From an uncultured Gemmatimonadales bacterium (GTDB taxonomy: Bacteria; Gemmatimonadota; Gemmatimonadetes; Gemmatimonadales; GWC2-71-9), in assembly GCA_963844035.1 (NCBI GenBank), contig CAWJMT010000004.1, positions 96,001-160,000 on the forward strand: a DNA stretch of 64,000 bases, read 5' to 3'. The translations under genes and the position numbers were made by a program. Below the pieces are notes generated by a model. The model was given only the letters and a program-made list of their open reading frames with translations. It had not been told where the DNA came from and searched no databases. Below are positions 47,040 to 60,014 of the stretch, piece after piece; positions within the stretch are counted from its first letter, which is position 1; every line of letters begins with the position of its first letter.

Positions 47040-49616
47040 TCACGGGCTGTGGCGTACCTGGTTGAACCGCGGCGGCGCCGGGTTCGGGTTCGGGAAGACC
47101 GGCAGTCTCACCATGACGAGCCCGCGCCCTGTGACGCCGAACAGCAGCTGATTCCCCGCCAGGTCCCTCGCCACACGCAGCGGCCCGGTGATCGGGTCGC
47201 GCACCGGGATGGAGCCGATGAGGTTGTAGAAGAACGTGTCGAACACCAGGATGTTCCCGCTCGGGTCCGCCGCAAAGGCGACGCGGAGCGTGGAATCCCG
47301 CGTCCCGCCCAGGCCGGTGGTGCCGCCTTGCCCCGCCGCGAAATCGTGGAAGTAATTCATGTCCATGCCCGGCGCGCCCACCGGAGCCGGCGAGATTCCC
47401 TTCAACCGCAGGCCTTCGTCGAGGACGTAGATCGAATCGGCGCGGACCAGGTTCGTGCCGCCGTTGAAGTTCGTGGCGATCGCCGCGACGTGCACGCCGG
47501 TGTTGGAGATGAAGTCGCGCACGTCCACGGCCGGCGACATGCCCAGGTCCAGTTCGTTGAAGCCGTAGTCGGCGGGACCGTTGACCGTGTCGGGCGACGT
47601 GTAGCAAGCGCCCGGAATGCCGTAGGCGACGCTCGGATTCAACGTGCTGACGCCGTGCTTCAGGGAGTCCCTGGTCGTGTAGGACATCACGCGCCGGTAC
47701 GCCTCGCCCGCATTGCCGCCCTCGCCCACGAATGCGTGAGTGAAGTTGCCGGAGTTGCGCGCAAAGGTGGAGTCCCCCATCCCGAAGGTCGAGAAGTTGA
47801 TCGTCACCCCGGCGCACGCCGAGAGGATGACCTGCGTGTCGTTGTAGGGCCGGCCGCGGCGCATCACAATGCGCAGCGTGTCCGTCACGTCGCTCGCCCC
47901 CTGGCCCCCGATCTCCCAGAAGAAGTGCCCGAACAGCCGCCCGTTGTCCGCCGGGAACGTCAGGGCGTTCGTGTTGATCAACTTCTCCATCCGCAGCGTG
48001 CCCCGGCCATTGAAGGGCGAGCTCGAGCTCGCCGTCGGTGTCGTCGAGTAGACGGCGAATATCGAGTCGGCGTGGCACAACGGCGGCGTGGAGCCGGTGC
48101 TGCACACCGTGGCGAGGTACTGCGGCCGGTCCGACAGGTCGTGGATCAGGATGTGTGCGACGTAGACGCCGCCGGCGACCTGGACCACCTGGTACTTCTG
48201 AACCTCGTAGTTCGGCAAGTCCTGGCGCCAGCGCAGCCGCCGCGCGGCGACGTCGATGACCGAGAACTCGGTGCCGCCTGCGTCCGCCACGACGATCGAG
48301 TCCCCGTAGTTCCCGATCGTGTCGCGCGGCCACAGCGCGATACCCCAGGGCTGCGGGCCCGCAGTGGGGATGCCGCTGGCCACGAAGGAGGTGTTCGCGA
48401 CCTGGAAGACTTCGACGCGCGACAGCGGCGTGTTGGTCAGATACAGCTCACCGCGGGTCGCGTTGAAGATGGCGTCCGCCATCTTGCCGCCCTGCGGGAA
48501 ACCGCGCGACACACCGGCGACGACCTGGGCCGAGTCCGCGCGCGCCGTGCCATTCGACGATGCCATTGACCGTGGAGAACGCGCGGTTGACCGCCATCGA
48601 TGCGTCGAAGGCGTACCCACCACCCGCACCGTCGGCGGGAAGGCAGTGATCGCACCAAGGTTCAGCGAGAACCTGCGCGACATGTCGGTCGGGTTGCCGG
48701 CGACGGGTACGGTGCCGAACGTGAGCACCGAGCTGTCGGACGCGAGGCGCACCAGGAACCCGATCCGCGTGATCGCGCTCGGATCGGTCGCGTGCACCGT
48801 GATCGTGTCGGTCGCCTCGACACGGAACGTGACAATTGTCGGTCACGGAGGGCGGCGTGACGTCGTTCGCCGCGGACAGGATGGAGACGACCACCGTCCC
48901 GCTGGTGGACCGCGGCGGTTCCGCGTCCTCGGCGAAACCGGTGATCGTAAACGTCCCGGTGGTCGCGATGACGACCACCGAGTCGATGAAGTCGACGGTC
49001 GGCGGGAACGGGATCGCGAACGAGATCGAGTCGCCGGCCGACGTCTGTTGACGCCGCCACCGGCCGACGATCCATCCCACGCGCTGGATCCCCCCGTCTG
49101 CTCCGCGTGATGTGGATCGGGACGTACCTGCCCTGGGACGCGAGCGCGCCGGGCGCCGGGGACAGCAGCACGACGCTCAGCGCGTTGACGTTGTCCAGGA
49201 AGATGACGAGCGTGTCTTCGGCGTAATTCCCGATACCGTCGGTCGCGCGGCCGACGATCGTGATGAGGCCGCCGGCGCCCGAGTTCGCCGGGAACACGAG
49301 GTTCACCGGCAGCGTCACGGCCGGCAGGGTCTGATTGAAGAAGATGGTGTCGGTGGTATCGATCAGGCCGCCCGAGAAAGATGAGGCGGATGTCATTGAG
49401 CGCCAGATTGTCGGTCGCGCTCACCGTGAAGTGCATGCCCGACGCGATCTTCTGCGTGTCGATCGCCGGCGGCGTCTTGCCGCTGGTGAGGCTGATCGTC
49501 GGTGGGATAAGGTCGGGCTGGAAGCCGCCGGGTGAGCGCGACGATTCGCACGCCCAACCGGCCAGCGCCAAGACGACGCCCACCCACGTTATCGCGACCG
49601 CTCGTCCGTGTAGCAT
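47040..49616 (-). CDS. Large beta-rich lipoprotein, Ig-like repeats plus propeller-like C-terminus (several frameshifts)
   Basis: Lipobox GWAC; repeated D..PP.../A.D motifs; Thr/Val-rich; split across ORFs 48843..49634, 48662..49396, 48448..49080 and 47040..48797. Confidence 0.65.
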
Positions 49617-49630
49617 ATGCGCTCCCGGCG

Positions 49631-51549
49631 TCACTTCCCGGCGCTGGGCGTCACCAGGTCGTCGATGATGTGCGGCGTAATGAGGATCAGGAGGTCGCGC
49701 CGCGTTTCCTGCTGATTGGTGAATCCGAACAACTTGCCGACAATGGGCAGGTCTATAAGAAACGGTATTCCGGTCTTGGATACCGTGACCTCAGTCACGG
49801 TCAAGCCGCCAATAACGGCCGTTTCGCCGTCAGAAACGAGGATCTGGTTGTCCGCCTGCTGCGTCTGGAACGTGAACCCGATGTCCACCGATGCCGGCAC
49901 CACGTTCGAGCGCTCGGCATGCACCTCCATCAGGATCTGCCGGTTCGCGGTGACGTGCGGCGTGACCCGCAGGTTGATACCGGTCTGCTCGAAGCTCACC
50001 GTGGCGGTCGGCGCGTTCGCGACGCCCGCGCCGCGCTGGCGTCGATCACGCGGATCGGCACGCGGTCGCCGACGAGGATCTGGGCCGGCCGGTTGTCGAG
50101 CGTGGTGATCGTCGGCTCGGCCTGGATGTCGTCCAGGGACAGCGACTGCAGCGCCTGGAGGAACGCCGTGAGATCGAAGTTCCCGATCGCGGTGGAGAAG
50201 ATGAGGTTCAACGCGGGATTGATCACCGCCTGGCTCGCGTTGCCGGTCGCCGAGAGCGAGTTCCCGCCGAGGTCCACGATGGTCTGATCCGCCGAGTAGA
50301 ACTGCGTCGGAACCGATCCGGTCGGCACGCCGTTGGGATTGGGGGCCCCCGGCGCGGCCGAGGACGGAATGGGACGCTGGACGAGCGAGTTGAAGAACTG
50401 CGTCTGCGAGCCCAGGTCGTACTTGACGCCCATCTGCTCGATGTCCGTCCGGTCGACGAAGATGATCTTCGCCTGGATCGATACCTGCGGCGTGCGGATG
50501 TCGAGGCCGCGGACGAACTGCTCGATGTCGTTGATGCGGTTGCGGGTGTCGGTGATGACGAGCGCGTTATGACTCGTGTCGGCCACCACCTTGCCGCGCC
50601 CGCTCGAGACGATCGACTGCACCGCCGGCACGCAGCGACGTCGCCTTCGCATAGTTGATGCGCACCAACCGGGTTTCGACCGGTACGGTCGAGTCGGCGC
50701 GTGCAAAGTCCGCCTTGTCGAGCACGTTGATGATGCCGCCTTCCAGAATCTGGTACGTGAGCCCCTGCGACTCGAGCACGGCCGCGAACGCGAGGTCCCA
50801 CGGCTGATTCTTGATCTCGGCGGTCACCTTGCCCCGCACATCCTTGCCCACGACGATCGTGCGGCCGCTGAACGCCGCGAATCCCGCGACCACGTCTTCG
50901 ATGTCTGCGCCGTCCCACCGGACCGTGATGCGCGGTGCGGGCGATTGGGCGCTCTCGATGGCGTGCGCCGCCAGATACTGGTTGACGACGATCGGGTCCG
51001 GGCTGAACTGCCGGCTGAGGACGGATTGGAACCCGCTCATGGGCGCGGGAGCGGACTCCGCGAGGACCATGACGCCTTCCTCCGGCTCCACAGGCGGTGA
51101 CGAGGGCAAGGGCACGCTCGCCACCGCCTGACTCGACCACGGGTCGAACGCGGCGCGGTCCGTGCTGAGCTCGATCCGGACCTGCTTGTCACCGCGCTTG
51201 ATCTGATAGTCCTTCAACGCGTCCAGCTCGATGACGATGCGGACGACATCGGGCCGGAACTGCGCATAGCGGACGTTCTTGATCCCGCCGCGATTCCGAC
51301 CGTCGTACAACATCGTGCGCCCAGCAGACGCGCGCCCGTGAAATCGATCACGAGGCGGGCGGGATTGCTGAGCGTGAAGTCCTGGATCTCCACCGCGCCT
51401 TGAAGGTCGACGACGACCGCGACCTTGCCCGGCGCCGGAAGGACACTGACGGCCCGTACCCCACCGTCCTGTCCACCGCCTGCGACTGCGAGGGCTCCGG
51501 GGGCCGCGACGAACAGTCCGAGCGCGGCGATGGCAGCGATGTACTTCAT
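49631..51549 (-). CDS. pilQ: Type IV pilus secretin with AMIN domain (several frameshifts)
   Basis: FTLSNPARLVID, NALVITD, LD....QVSIQAKI, GINLRVTP, GIPFL.DLPIVGKLF, LLILITPHI. Confidence 0.92.
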
Positions 51550-51981
51550 GGCATCTCCTCTCGCTTCGCGAGCTGCAGACTCTCTTGCCGCTCGAAGCCG
51601 AATTCCTGCACCGTAAACACGATTTCCCGTGGCCGGATCTGCGTCACCTTGAGTCGTCCCATGACGTCGCCGGCCTTTGCCCGATACCGCTTCCCATTCG
51701 TGACGTCGCGCATGACCGCGACACTGCGTACCGGATAGCGCTGGTCATAGTAGATGCCCACCAGCTTGAGATCCGTCAGGAGCGGCCGGATGTCCCCCGA
51801 CTTGAGCAGCGAGACGAACGGATCCCGCCCTCCGCCCTCGTACGCGAACACCTCGCGCACCAGCGCGACCGACGCGGAATCGCGGTGCGTCGTGTCCGGC
51901 GCCGCCGCCTGGGCCGCGAGCGCCCGCCGCCGCGAGCCAGGCGAGACCGAACGCCCCGAAGGACCACGTGGTCGTTCTCAT
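51546..51981 (-). CDS. PilP-like pilus assembly protein (frameshift ~51870)
   Basis: Y...GRDPF.SL, LKLVGI; lies between pilO and pilQ. Confidence 0.75.
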
Positions 51982-52598
51982 TGCTTGGCGCCGGGCTTCG
52001 CCACCGGCCTGACCGGCGGCGGCGACTTGACGAAGGTCCGCACCGCCAGATTCACCTGGAGCAGCGTGCCCAGCGTGTCGTTCAACAGCCGCTGCGCGCC
52101 CTGCGAGGCCGGCTTCACCACCACGTCCTGCGGCACGACGATGCGTGGCAGGCTGGCGATGTCGGACAGGTACTCACCCAGCTGATCGTAGTGCCCCATG
52201 ATCTCGAGCTTGTACCGGTACGTGTCGAACGGCGGTCCGGGCTCGACCGGCATGGGCTCGATCCTCCCGATCGTGACGCCGCGCACCTTGGCCCGCGTGG
52301 ACATGTCGTCGATCATCGCCGGCACTTCGTTCTGCTCCGGCACCAGGCGCCGCATCAAGCCGAGCATCGAGCGGTAGCGCTCCACCTTCTGCCGCAGGTC
52401 TTCCATCGTGCCCGCGGCCAGGTCCTTCTTGGCCCGCTCGACGATGGTGCGCAGGCTGTCGATCTGCTGCGATGTGGCCGCGATCTGTTTGCTCGCCCCG
52501 TCGTAGTAGTAGTTCCAGAACAGGTAGCCACCCCCGAGCGCCATGAGGGTGAGCAGCATCATGACCTGGCTTCGTTGATCGCTGGGGAGCAGGGCCAC
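51978..52598 (-). CDS. pilO: Type IV pilus biogenesis protein PilO
   Basis: TM and coiled coil; LVP.QNEVP; G.Y.QLG.YLSDIASLPRIV. Confidence 0.9.
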   Translation of the reverse strand: MALLPSDQRSQVMMLLTLMALGGGYLFWNYYYDGASKQIAATSQQIDSLRTIVERAKKDLAAGTMEDLRQKVERYRSMLGLMRRLVPEQNEVPAMIDDMSTRAKVRGVTIGRIEPMPVEPGPPFDTYRYKLEIMGHYDQLGEYLSDIASLPRIVVPQDVVVKPASQGAQRLLNDTLGTLLQVNLAVRTFVKSPPPVRPVAKPGAKQ

Positions 52599-52601
52599 GG
52601 G

Positions 52602-53294
52602 CTACCTCAGCGACTGGGAAAGGGGGGCCGTGTGGATGTACACGGAGTCGGCGACGCGATACCGCGCCGTCACGCTGAACGCGGTCACCGGCCGGTCCTG
52701 CTCCACCACGGTCTGGGAGCTCGCCGGAACCACCTCGGTGAACCAGGGCGACGCGGACAGCTGGCGCAGGAACGTCGTGTACGCCTGGATGTCCACGGTG
52801 CTCCCCGTGACGGTGAAGCGCACGGCCGGGGCTGCGGCAGCGGCGCTCGTGTCGGGCGGAGCATTCGGCGAAGCAGGCGCCGTCGCGACGGCGATGCCGG
52901 TCAGCCAGCTGTACGGTGGCAGCGCCTTGGTGATCTGGTCGAGAATGTGCGGCCACACGTAGCGGTCGCTGTCGATCCGGCGGATGACCGTGATCTCCGC
53001 CAGCAGCGAGTCGCGCATCTTCTCCGACTGGCGCTTCTGCGCGATCACGGCGTCGAACCGCTGCTTCTCCACCTGCACCTCCTGCAGCCGGGAATTCAGC
53101 ACCGCGAGCCGCGCCTTGCTGGTGACGAACAGCGCCCCGGCGCCGACGAGCAGCAGCACCCACGACGCGCTGGCTGCGAGGAGCCAGGGGTTCGTGACGC
53201 TGGCCAGCAGCGCCCGGAAATCCGGAAGCTTGAGCTTGAAGCCGGCACCCGGCGCCGCGCGTTTCTTGCCGGGTAGGAGATTTATTTCAATCAT
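52602..53294 (-). CDS. pilN: Type IV pilus biogenesis protein PilN
   Basis: IEINLLP, TM, LP..SWL, L..SPWF. Confidence 0.92.
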   Translation of the reverse strand: MIEINLLPGKKRAAPGAGFKLKLPDFRALLASVTNPWLLAASASWVLLLVGAGALFVTSKARLAVLNSRLQEVQVEKQRFDAVIAQKRQSEKMRDSLLAEITVIRRIDSDRYVWPHILDQITKALPPYSWLTGIAVATAPASPNAPPDTSAAAAAPAVRFTVTGSTVDIQAYTTFLRQLSASPWFTEVVPASSQTVVEQDRPVTAFSVTARYRVADSVYIHTAPLSQSLR

Positions 53295-54344
53295 GAAGTG
53301 CGCCTGAGCGCGAGGCCCACCGACAGCATCAGGAGCGGCGCCAGCTCATCGACCGACACGGCCTCGAACACCGAGTCCCGCACCTTGAGCCGCTGCAACG
53401 GACTCGCCAGCTCGACCGGTACCTTGAGCCGCTCGGCCAGCGCTTCGTTCAGCCCCGGGATCCGGGCGCCCCCACCGGTCGTAAACACCCCGCTCAACCC
53501 ACCCGCCGAGCGCGAGGCAGTGGCCAGAAACGCCGCCGCCCGCTCGACGCCGACCGCGATTTCGTCGCCCCGAGCCTCGACATAGCCGGCCAGGTCCGCA
53601 GTTCGCCGTCCGGCCCTGCACCACCTGCTCGGACGCCTCCGCCGAGAGCCCCTTTTCCCGCTGCAGGTCCTCGCGGAACCGCCGCGTACCCACCGAGAGA
53701 TCCCGCGTCAGGACCGGCACGCCGTCCTCGAGGACGTTCACGTTGGTCACTTCGTGGCCGATGTTGACGAGCCCCACCACCCCCTGCATGGCGTCGGGAT
53801 GGTTCAGCTCGAAGGCGTTGTGGATGCCGAAGGCGTCCACGTCGATGATCGCCGGCTGCAACCCCGCTTCCTTGAGGAGGCCTACGCGGCCTTCCACCAG
53901 CTCCCGCTTGGCGGCGACCAGCAGCACGTTCATCTGAAGCCCGTCAGCATCCGGGTCGAGGATCTGGAAATCGAGCTCCACGTTGGCCATGTCGAAGGGC
54001 ACATGCTGCTCGGCCTCCCAGCGGATCACTTCGCGTGCATCCGCTTCCTTCATACGGTCCATCTGGATCTTCTTGACGATGACGTCGCGCCCCCCGACCG
54101 CCGTGACTACGGACTTCTGCTTCACGCCCGCCGTGGAGAACAAACCCCGAACCGCCTCCGCCACGATGCCGGGGTCCATGACTTCCCCTTCGACGATGGC
54201 ATCGGTCGCGACTTCCGTCGTGGCCACTTTGATGAGCTCGGGTTCGCTTCCGGAATGGTCGATGACGACCAGCTTGATGATCCCGGAGCCGATATCCAGC
54301 CCAACCGACGTTTTCTTGCCGCCCAGCAGGCCAAAGAGAGCCAT
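53291..54344 (-). CDS. pilM: Type IV pilus assembly protein PilM (frameshift ~53590)
   Basis: VGLDIGS..IK, EAEQHVPF, VLLVAAK, TGGGA, VGLALR. Confidence 0.94.
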
Positions 54345-54464
54345 TGCAGCCTAAAGTTAGAGACAGAGGGGGCGAGGGCAAACTACAGTAAGGCTGGGCC
54401 CTTATCCTGTCAAGCCTCGAACCTACACGAGATTGGATAGCGAAACTACCTTGGTGACAAACAC

Positions 54465-55583
54465 TTAAGGCACATCAGGAAGGCCAACCCATCCGCGCGT
54501 CCGCAACATCTCTGCCGATGCCACCGTCTCCAACGCCTTTGAAATCGCGCACTTAGAGTACGTCACCTCAAGCAATCCCCCGGTAACACCCTGCAGCACG
54601 ACACTGTCCTCGACGAGCACTGCTCCCATGAACGCGGTGGCTCGCAGCGGGTCTGCGATCACGGTGAGGCCACCGCGGATCAGCGCCACACCATACCACT
54701 CGAGGCCGCCGCGTACCACTAGGCTCCCGTCCACCAACAGAATCCCTTGCCCCGCGATTCCATTCACCGTGGCGTCACCAGTGACGGACACAACGGGGAA
54801 GTGATTGCCACATGGATAGTTAGGTCCCCTGCCGTCGCCCCAGTTCGTCACGACAGTTTCGTCGCACCGCCCAGCCACCACGACGGGCCCGATGTCACTG
54901 CCGAAGGTTCGCCCGGCGACCGTGTGGGTCGCCCACGCGGCGAGCTGGCTGTTGGTGATGCCTTCGAGGGTGGCCGCGCCACCTGGGGCCTGGACGCCGG
55001 CCTGTTGGCTGTCCGGCGGGCCACAGGGCCCCCATCCCGTCGGGACGTGATCGGCACCATCCACCCTAACCGGGCCCGAGAGCCGGACCCCTTTGCCAGC
55101 CGTTAGGGCCGCCTTGACCCCGGACGCTACCGGCCGAACGTGCGCCACCACGCCAACGTGCTGCCGTACCTCCCCGCCCCTGCCCCCGCCCCCACCGGGC
55201 TCCGGCATCGGCGACGACGAGTCACGCCCGACGATGGTGATGAGATACAGCTCGCCGTTCAGCTTGTAGACGTGGCCCCCGTAGGCTCCGGTCTTGAGTG
55301 CGGCGACTGTCCAGGCGCCAGGGTATCCGTCGGGCACGGCAACCGAGTCGAGGGGAAGCGCGGCACTGCGATTGTAGATCGTAGGATCCCAGGTGCGGAT
55401 CACGGCAGCGGCGCCCTCCTCCGCCACGCCGAAGGCGCGCGGGACGCGGCGCATACTCTCCCCCATGCGCGCCTCCTGAACGCCGAGGAAGCTGACGGTG
55501 GCGGCGAGGACCCCCACTAGCACCAGCACCCAGAGTGCCATGGCCAGCGCCATGCCGCGCTCACCGCGAGCGGTGCCGGTCAT
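54465..55583 (-). CDS. PilX-like minor pilin (set 2)
   Basis: ERG|MALAMALWVLV type III signal lacking E5; C-terminal G.GILLVDG.L beta repeats. Confidence 0.75.
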   Translation of the reverse strand: MTGTARGERGMALAMALWVLVLVGVLAATVSFLGVQEARMGESMRRVPRAFGVAEEGAAAVIRTWDPTIYNRSAALPLDSVAVPDGYPGAWTVAALKTGAYGGHVYKLNGELYLITIVGRDSSSPMPEPGGGGGRGGEVRQHVGVVAHVRPVASGVKAALTAGKGVRLSGPVRVDGADHVPTGWGPCGPPDSQQAGVQAPGGAATLEGITNSQLAAWATHTVAGRTFGSDIGPVVVAGRCDETVVTNWGDGRGPNYPCGNHFPVVSVTGDATVNGIAGQGILLVDGSLVVRGGLEWYGVALIRGGLTVIADPLRATAFMGAVLVEDSVVLQGVTGGLLEVTYSKCAISKALETVASAEMLRTRGWVGLPDVP

Positions 55584-56407
55584 CGCCGTGGGTTGTTCCG
55601 CAACGCGACCCGGGTCACCAGGCTGTCCGTCGCCAGCGTCGTGCGGCCACGCACCCGCAGCTCGACCGCCGCGACTGCAGTGGGTACGGTCGTCGGCGCC
55701 CCGGTGCGATCGAAGTAGGTGAGCGTCAAACCGCTTGGGCCAGCGAGTGGCCCGAGCAGCGGCTGAACGGTGCTGCCGGCGCGCTGCTGTCCCAGGTACC
55801 ACTGCATGTCCGCCCCCGAGCGGTATGAGGCATAGGTCACCGTGGCGAAACCACGCAGCGGCGATCCGTTCGTGAAGCCAGCGCCGGCCCCGGCCAGCCG
55901 CAGCAGCAATTCATAGCCCGGTCGCGCGCGATCGGCGTCGGGACAATCCTGGTTCGTCGCTGCGAGGACAAGGCCGCGCAGCCAATCGTCGTCGCTCCGG
56001 ACTGCTGGATCTCCTTCGTGGTAGAGCAGGACCGAGTCACCGGCCTCGAACGAGCCCCTAGTCCCGAAGAATGGCCGCTCCCGTACGCGCAGGGTGAGCA
56101 GACCGGCAGCGCCGCTGCTCGGGCACCGTGCAGAGAAACGCCACCTGCTCCGTCGCCCGCAGGGTGATCGACGTGGCCGACATGGCGGTGATATCGGAAT
56201 CGGCCGCGTCGAGCTCCCGGAGCGCCGCCGGCAGGATGGCTACGCCGCGCGGAGGTTTTGTTGCACCGCGGCCCGCTCGGCCTGCGCGAGGTATGCACGC
56301 TGGCTCGTCCACAGACCGCGGAGCAACCCGGCGGCCACGACGCCCAGCAGGGCGAGCGACACGAGCAGCTCGATCAGCGTCAGTCCTCGCCGGTCTAGGG
56401 CAGGCAC
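55580..56407 (-). CDS. PilW-like prepilin (set 2; multiple frameshifts)
   Basis: RRG|LTLIELLVSLALLG at the 5' end; ends DSLVTRVALRN. Confidence 0.7.
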
Positions 56408-56772
56408 GAGATCTCGGTCTCGAGGCTGTCACGCCGCCACGCGCCCGTCGCGGTGCGGGACCTGGTTTGCAGTACGATCCACCAGTGCCCCTTCCCGGCG
56501 TCCACGAAGCGCCAGCTGAGCGAGTCGATCGGCACGCCGTTCGCGAGGTGAACCTCCAACCCCGGGACCTGAGAGGCGCAGGCGGTGACGCGCAGCCGCT
56601 CCAGGCGCTGCGTGGCGAGGGTGGCGGCCAGAGCAGCGTGGCGGCCGCGGGCGAGCATCCGGGTGACCGCGGCGGTCGTCGAAAGCAGGGCCAGGAGCCC
56701 CACCTCGAACAGGACGACCGCCACCATCAGCTCGACGAGGGTGAAGCCACGCTGGGAAGGGACTGTCGACAT
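56395..56772 (-). CDS. PilV-like prepilin (set 2)
   Basis: QRG|FTLVELMVAVV. Confidence 0.82.
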   Translation of the reverse strand: MSTVPSQRGFTLVELMVAVVLFEVGLLALLSTTAAVTRMLARGRHAALAATLATQRLERLRVTACASQVPGLEVHLANGVPIDSLSWRFVDAGKGHWWIVLQTRSRTATGAWRRDSLETEISCLP

Positions 56773-56921
56773 GCCGGGAGTATGCGGCGCTCGCGCCGGG
56801 ACTCGGGTACCAAACGAGCGCAGCCCGTCACCGGGCGTTGCATGACAAGAGCGGCCTGAGCTTCGGCGTGACGCCGAAACCCAGGCCGCTCAGGTGTTAC
56901 CGACCCCGCGGTGCTAGCAGG

Positions 56922-58839
56922 TCATGGACTCGGAGTGAGCAGCGGCCAATACGTGGCGATGTTGAACCCCGTCGGCTCGATCTCGTAGTAGTGCCCGGCC
57001 GCGAAGTGGCCCGTCGTCGGGAAATACGGCGGCGGGTTGGTCGCTGCGCACGCGTCGTAGGAATACCGCTTCATGTTACCCGTACCGCCACCGGTACCCA
57101 CCGCGCCGCGCGTTTGCTGAATGACGCCACCCGTCAGGTACAGACAGCCGCGTCCCCAGGCGTTGGTTTGGCATGGCTCGGCCGTTTTCGTGCCCAGGTC
57201 GTGGTTCTCCACCGTGAAATTGCTCGAGGGCGAGCAAGACCCCCTGGATGAACTCGTCCGGAGAATCATCCCACGTGGCGTTGGTACCCCCGCCAATCGG
57301 GGGAAGGGGGTTGTTGATCAGATTGTCGGCGACAACGATGTCCGTGCCGCTGAACAGGCCCAGCATGTCCCGGTTGGCACTGGGACACGGGATGCCCAAT
57401 CCGGGGCTCGAGGCGTAGAGGATGTCGTCCGCGATGATGATGTTGTCCGTCGCCGCCAACGTCATCTGGCCACGCAGCACGCCGCTGACCGCCACCTTGC
57501 CGGTCACGAAGATCACCCCCTTGAAGTTGGGGTTGAGCGTCCGGGTGATGGGCCACAGGTACGCCGCATCCCCGGGGCAGAGGCGGACTCTGGGGCAAAC
57601 AATTCCGCTTGGTTGTAACGCTCGGGCTCACGGCGCCCGCCCAGGGCACCCACTTGCCGATGGAGTCGCACGGGGTCGTCAGCGCACGTGGCACCGGTCC
57701 CCGTGACGCCGAGGAGGAGCACGTTCTTCGTGGCGGTCCAGTCGTTCAGCATCTCCGACCCGCCCAGGTAGCAACGGAGGTTGGTGCCGTGCGTCAGGGC
57801 CCACGTCACGCTGTCCTGCGCAGTCGAGTTGCCGTACGGCGTGTGATGGGCGAACGTCTTGAAGTACGTGTGGGCGCCAGCTCCAGCGGCCGATATGTGA
57901 CCGCAGTTCCGGGATTTCTTGATGCCCGCCCGCGCTATACGCTCCGTACGTTCCGCCGGTGTCCGCCACCACCCACCAGGCATAGTTCGCCGGAGTCGTC
58001 CTGGTCACCTGGTAGACCCTCATGAACCCTTCGTCGATGCCGTCGAGTTTTCCGTCGTTGTTCAGGTCCACCGCGACGAATTCGATCCGGGTCGTCGCCT
58101 GCCCGACGGCCCCCCCCGTCGTGCTGGTGATGTCGGTGCCGCCCGTCGTCGCCTGGACCTGGAGCTTGGTGAGATCGGCGGTCTGCGGGAACGCAATCAA
58201 GGGCGCATTCTCTTTGTATCCCTGCTTGAAGATCGTGGGCAGCGTCTTTTGCCCGCTGATGGTTCCATGGGTCGCCACCGGGCCCCAGAACGTGATGCCG
58301 CCCGAGTTGATCGAGATGTTGTCGTTCGTGAACACCGGCCCGAAGATCTGGTCGCCGGAACCGAACTGAATGCTCCCCTCGGAGTTGGTGAAATACGCGT
58401 ACTTGGCGAAGCTCTCCTGGAAGATCTCGCCGCGGCGGATCACCCGGTCGCCCTGCGCGTTCTGCACCACCGACACCGCGCTGCCGAACACGCCGAACTG
58501 GCCGGTTGAAATACCGATCGGCCCGACGTACGTCCAGCGCTTGATGTTCGGGATCACGGCGCCGGCGGCATTGTAGACCGCCACACCGTTTTCCAGAACC
58601 TTGTACCCGGTGTCCGGGTAGTTCGTCTTCGCCGCGTTGACCATGGAGCGCGCTTCCTCCAGTCCCGCGTCGGCCGTCTCTTCCATGACGCTCATACGGG
58701 TGTGAAAGACGGAGATCAGGCTGGTGCTCGACCCGAGCAGGGCGGCGCCGGCCGCGATGGCCGCAATGGCCAGCACGACCAACAGCACAACCACCAGCGC
58801 GATGCCTCGCTCGTTACGCAATGCCGCATGGGACGTCAT
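56922..58839 (-). CDS. Large PilX-like minor pilin (set 1; frameshifts)
   Basis: ERG|IALVVVLLVV; FAKYAYFT; GPVFTN; GGVIQ...G.VG; YSYD...PPPYFP. Confidence 0.78.
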
Positions 58840-58850
58840 AGAAACTCTCC

Positions 58851-60014
58851 TCAAGGAGCTGTGGTGATGAGACTGGATGCCATCGGAGACAGCGACGGCG
58901 TGCAATCCTGCGCCGCCAGGGCGTAGTAGTACTGAAGTCCTGTCGCCACCCCGAAGTCCACGTACTGGTACGTGGCCTGTCCGGACGGGATAGCTGATGA
59001 TCGGGTCGCCCCAATCGGGATTGATGGACTGGCGGCGCCAGAGCACGTAGCGCTCGATGTCCTTCTCGCCGCCGCTCTCGTCGGTCCCCTTGGCCCACGT
59101 GATCTTGATCGTCGCGGGCATGACGCCGGGCACGGACACCGGGGTGACGCCCAGGCTGCGGCGGGTCACCGCACGACCTGCTGTTCGCGAGCCCCGCGTT
59201 GGGGAGCAGGATCATGCGCGAGATGGTGCGCTTCCGCTCGGCGGTGCCGGTGCGGCCGTTCGAGGCCGTGAAGTTCACCCGCACCGCGCGCAGGCTGTCG
59301 ATGAGCGCGATACGCCCCGGTGTCGCCCGGGGACAGATGGATCTTGACGCTGTGCATCAGCGGCAAGGCAGCCGCGGAGTGCAGCACGATCGACGCCGGC
59401 GATCCCAGCGGCGTGATCTGCCGGTAGTACTGCAGGAACGGGGTGGTCCCGGTCTGCAGGATGTTCCGCGCCACGACCTCGGGCGCGCTGACGTTGATCT
59501 TGCGGTACAGCAAGTAGTCGTCCGTGCGGGCGGTCGTCGTGTCCAGCGCGAAGTAGAAGATGATCGTCTCCGCCCCGCTGTTCAGGCCGCTGACCAGGTA
59601 CGACGTGTCCGGGTACCCGAACGACGTCCCCGGCAGCGTGTACTTCTGCGACTGGGTCAACGCCAGGACGGTGCTGTCGGGCGCGTCGGGATTGTAGTAG
59701 ACCGCGAACACGTCGCCCGCGGTGTTGGTCCAGTAGTTCGCGTTCATCGCGACGACGGTGTTGCTGGCGTAGATGAGCTGGGGCTGCGCATCCGTGGTCC
59801 CCGCCCCGGCCGTGCGCAGATCCTTCTCCATCTCGTTCAGGATGTAGCGCGTGTTCTGATACATCGACACGCGCTCGCTCCCCAGCGCAAAGCCGCGGCT
59901 CTGCGCCTTCAGGAAGGCCAGCGTCGCGCCCATGACGAACGAGAACACGAGCAAGGCCAGCATCATTTCGACGAGCGTCATGCCGCGCTCGCCGTCCCGC
60001 CGAATGTCGATCAT
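58851..60014 (-). CDS. PilW-like prepilin with FN3-like C-terminal domain (set 1; frameshifts)
   Basis: ERG|MTLVEMMLAL; DLRTAG; C-terminal ITW...Y.LWR segment. Confidence 0.75.
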
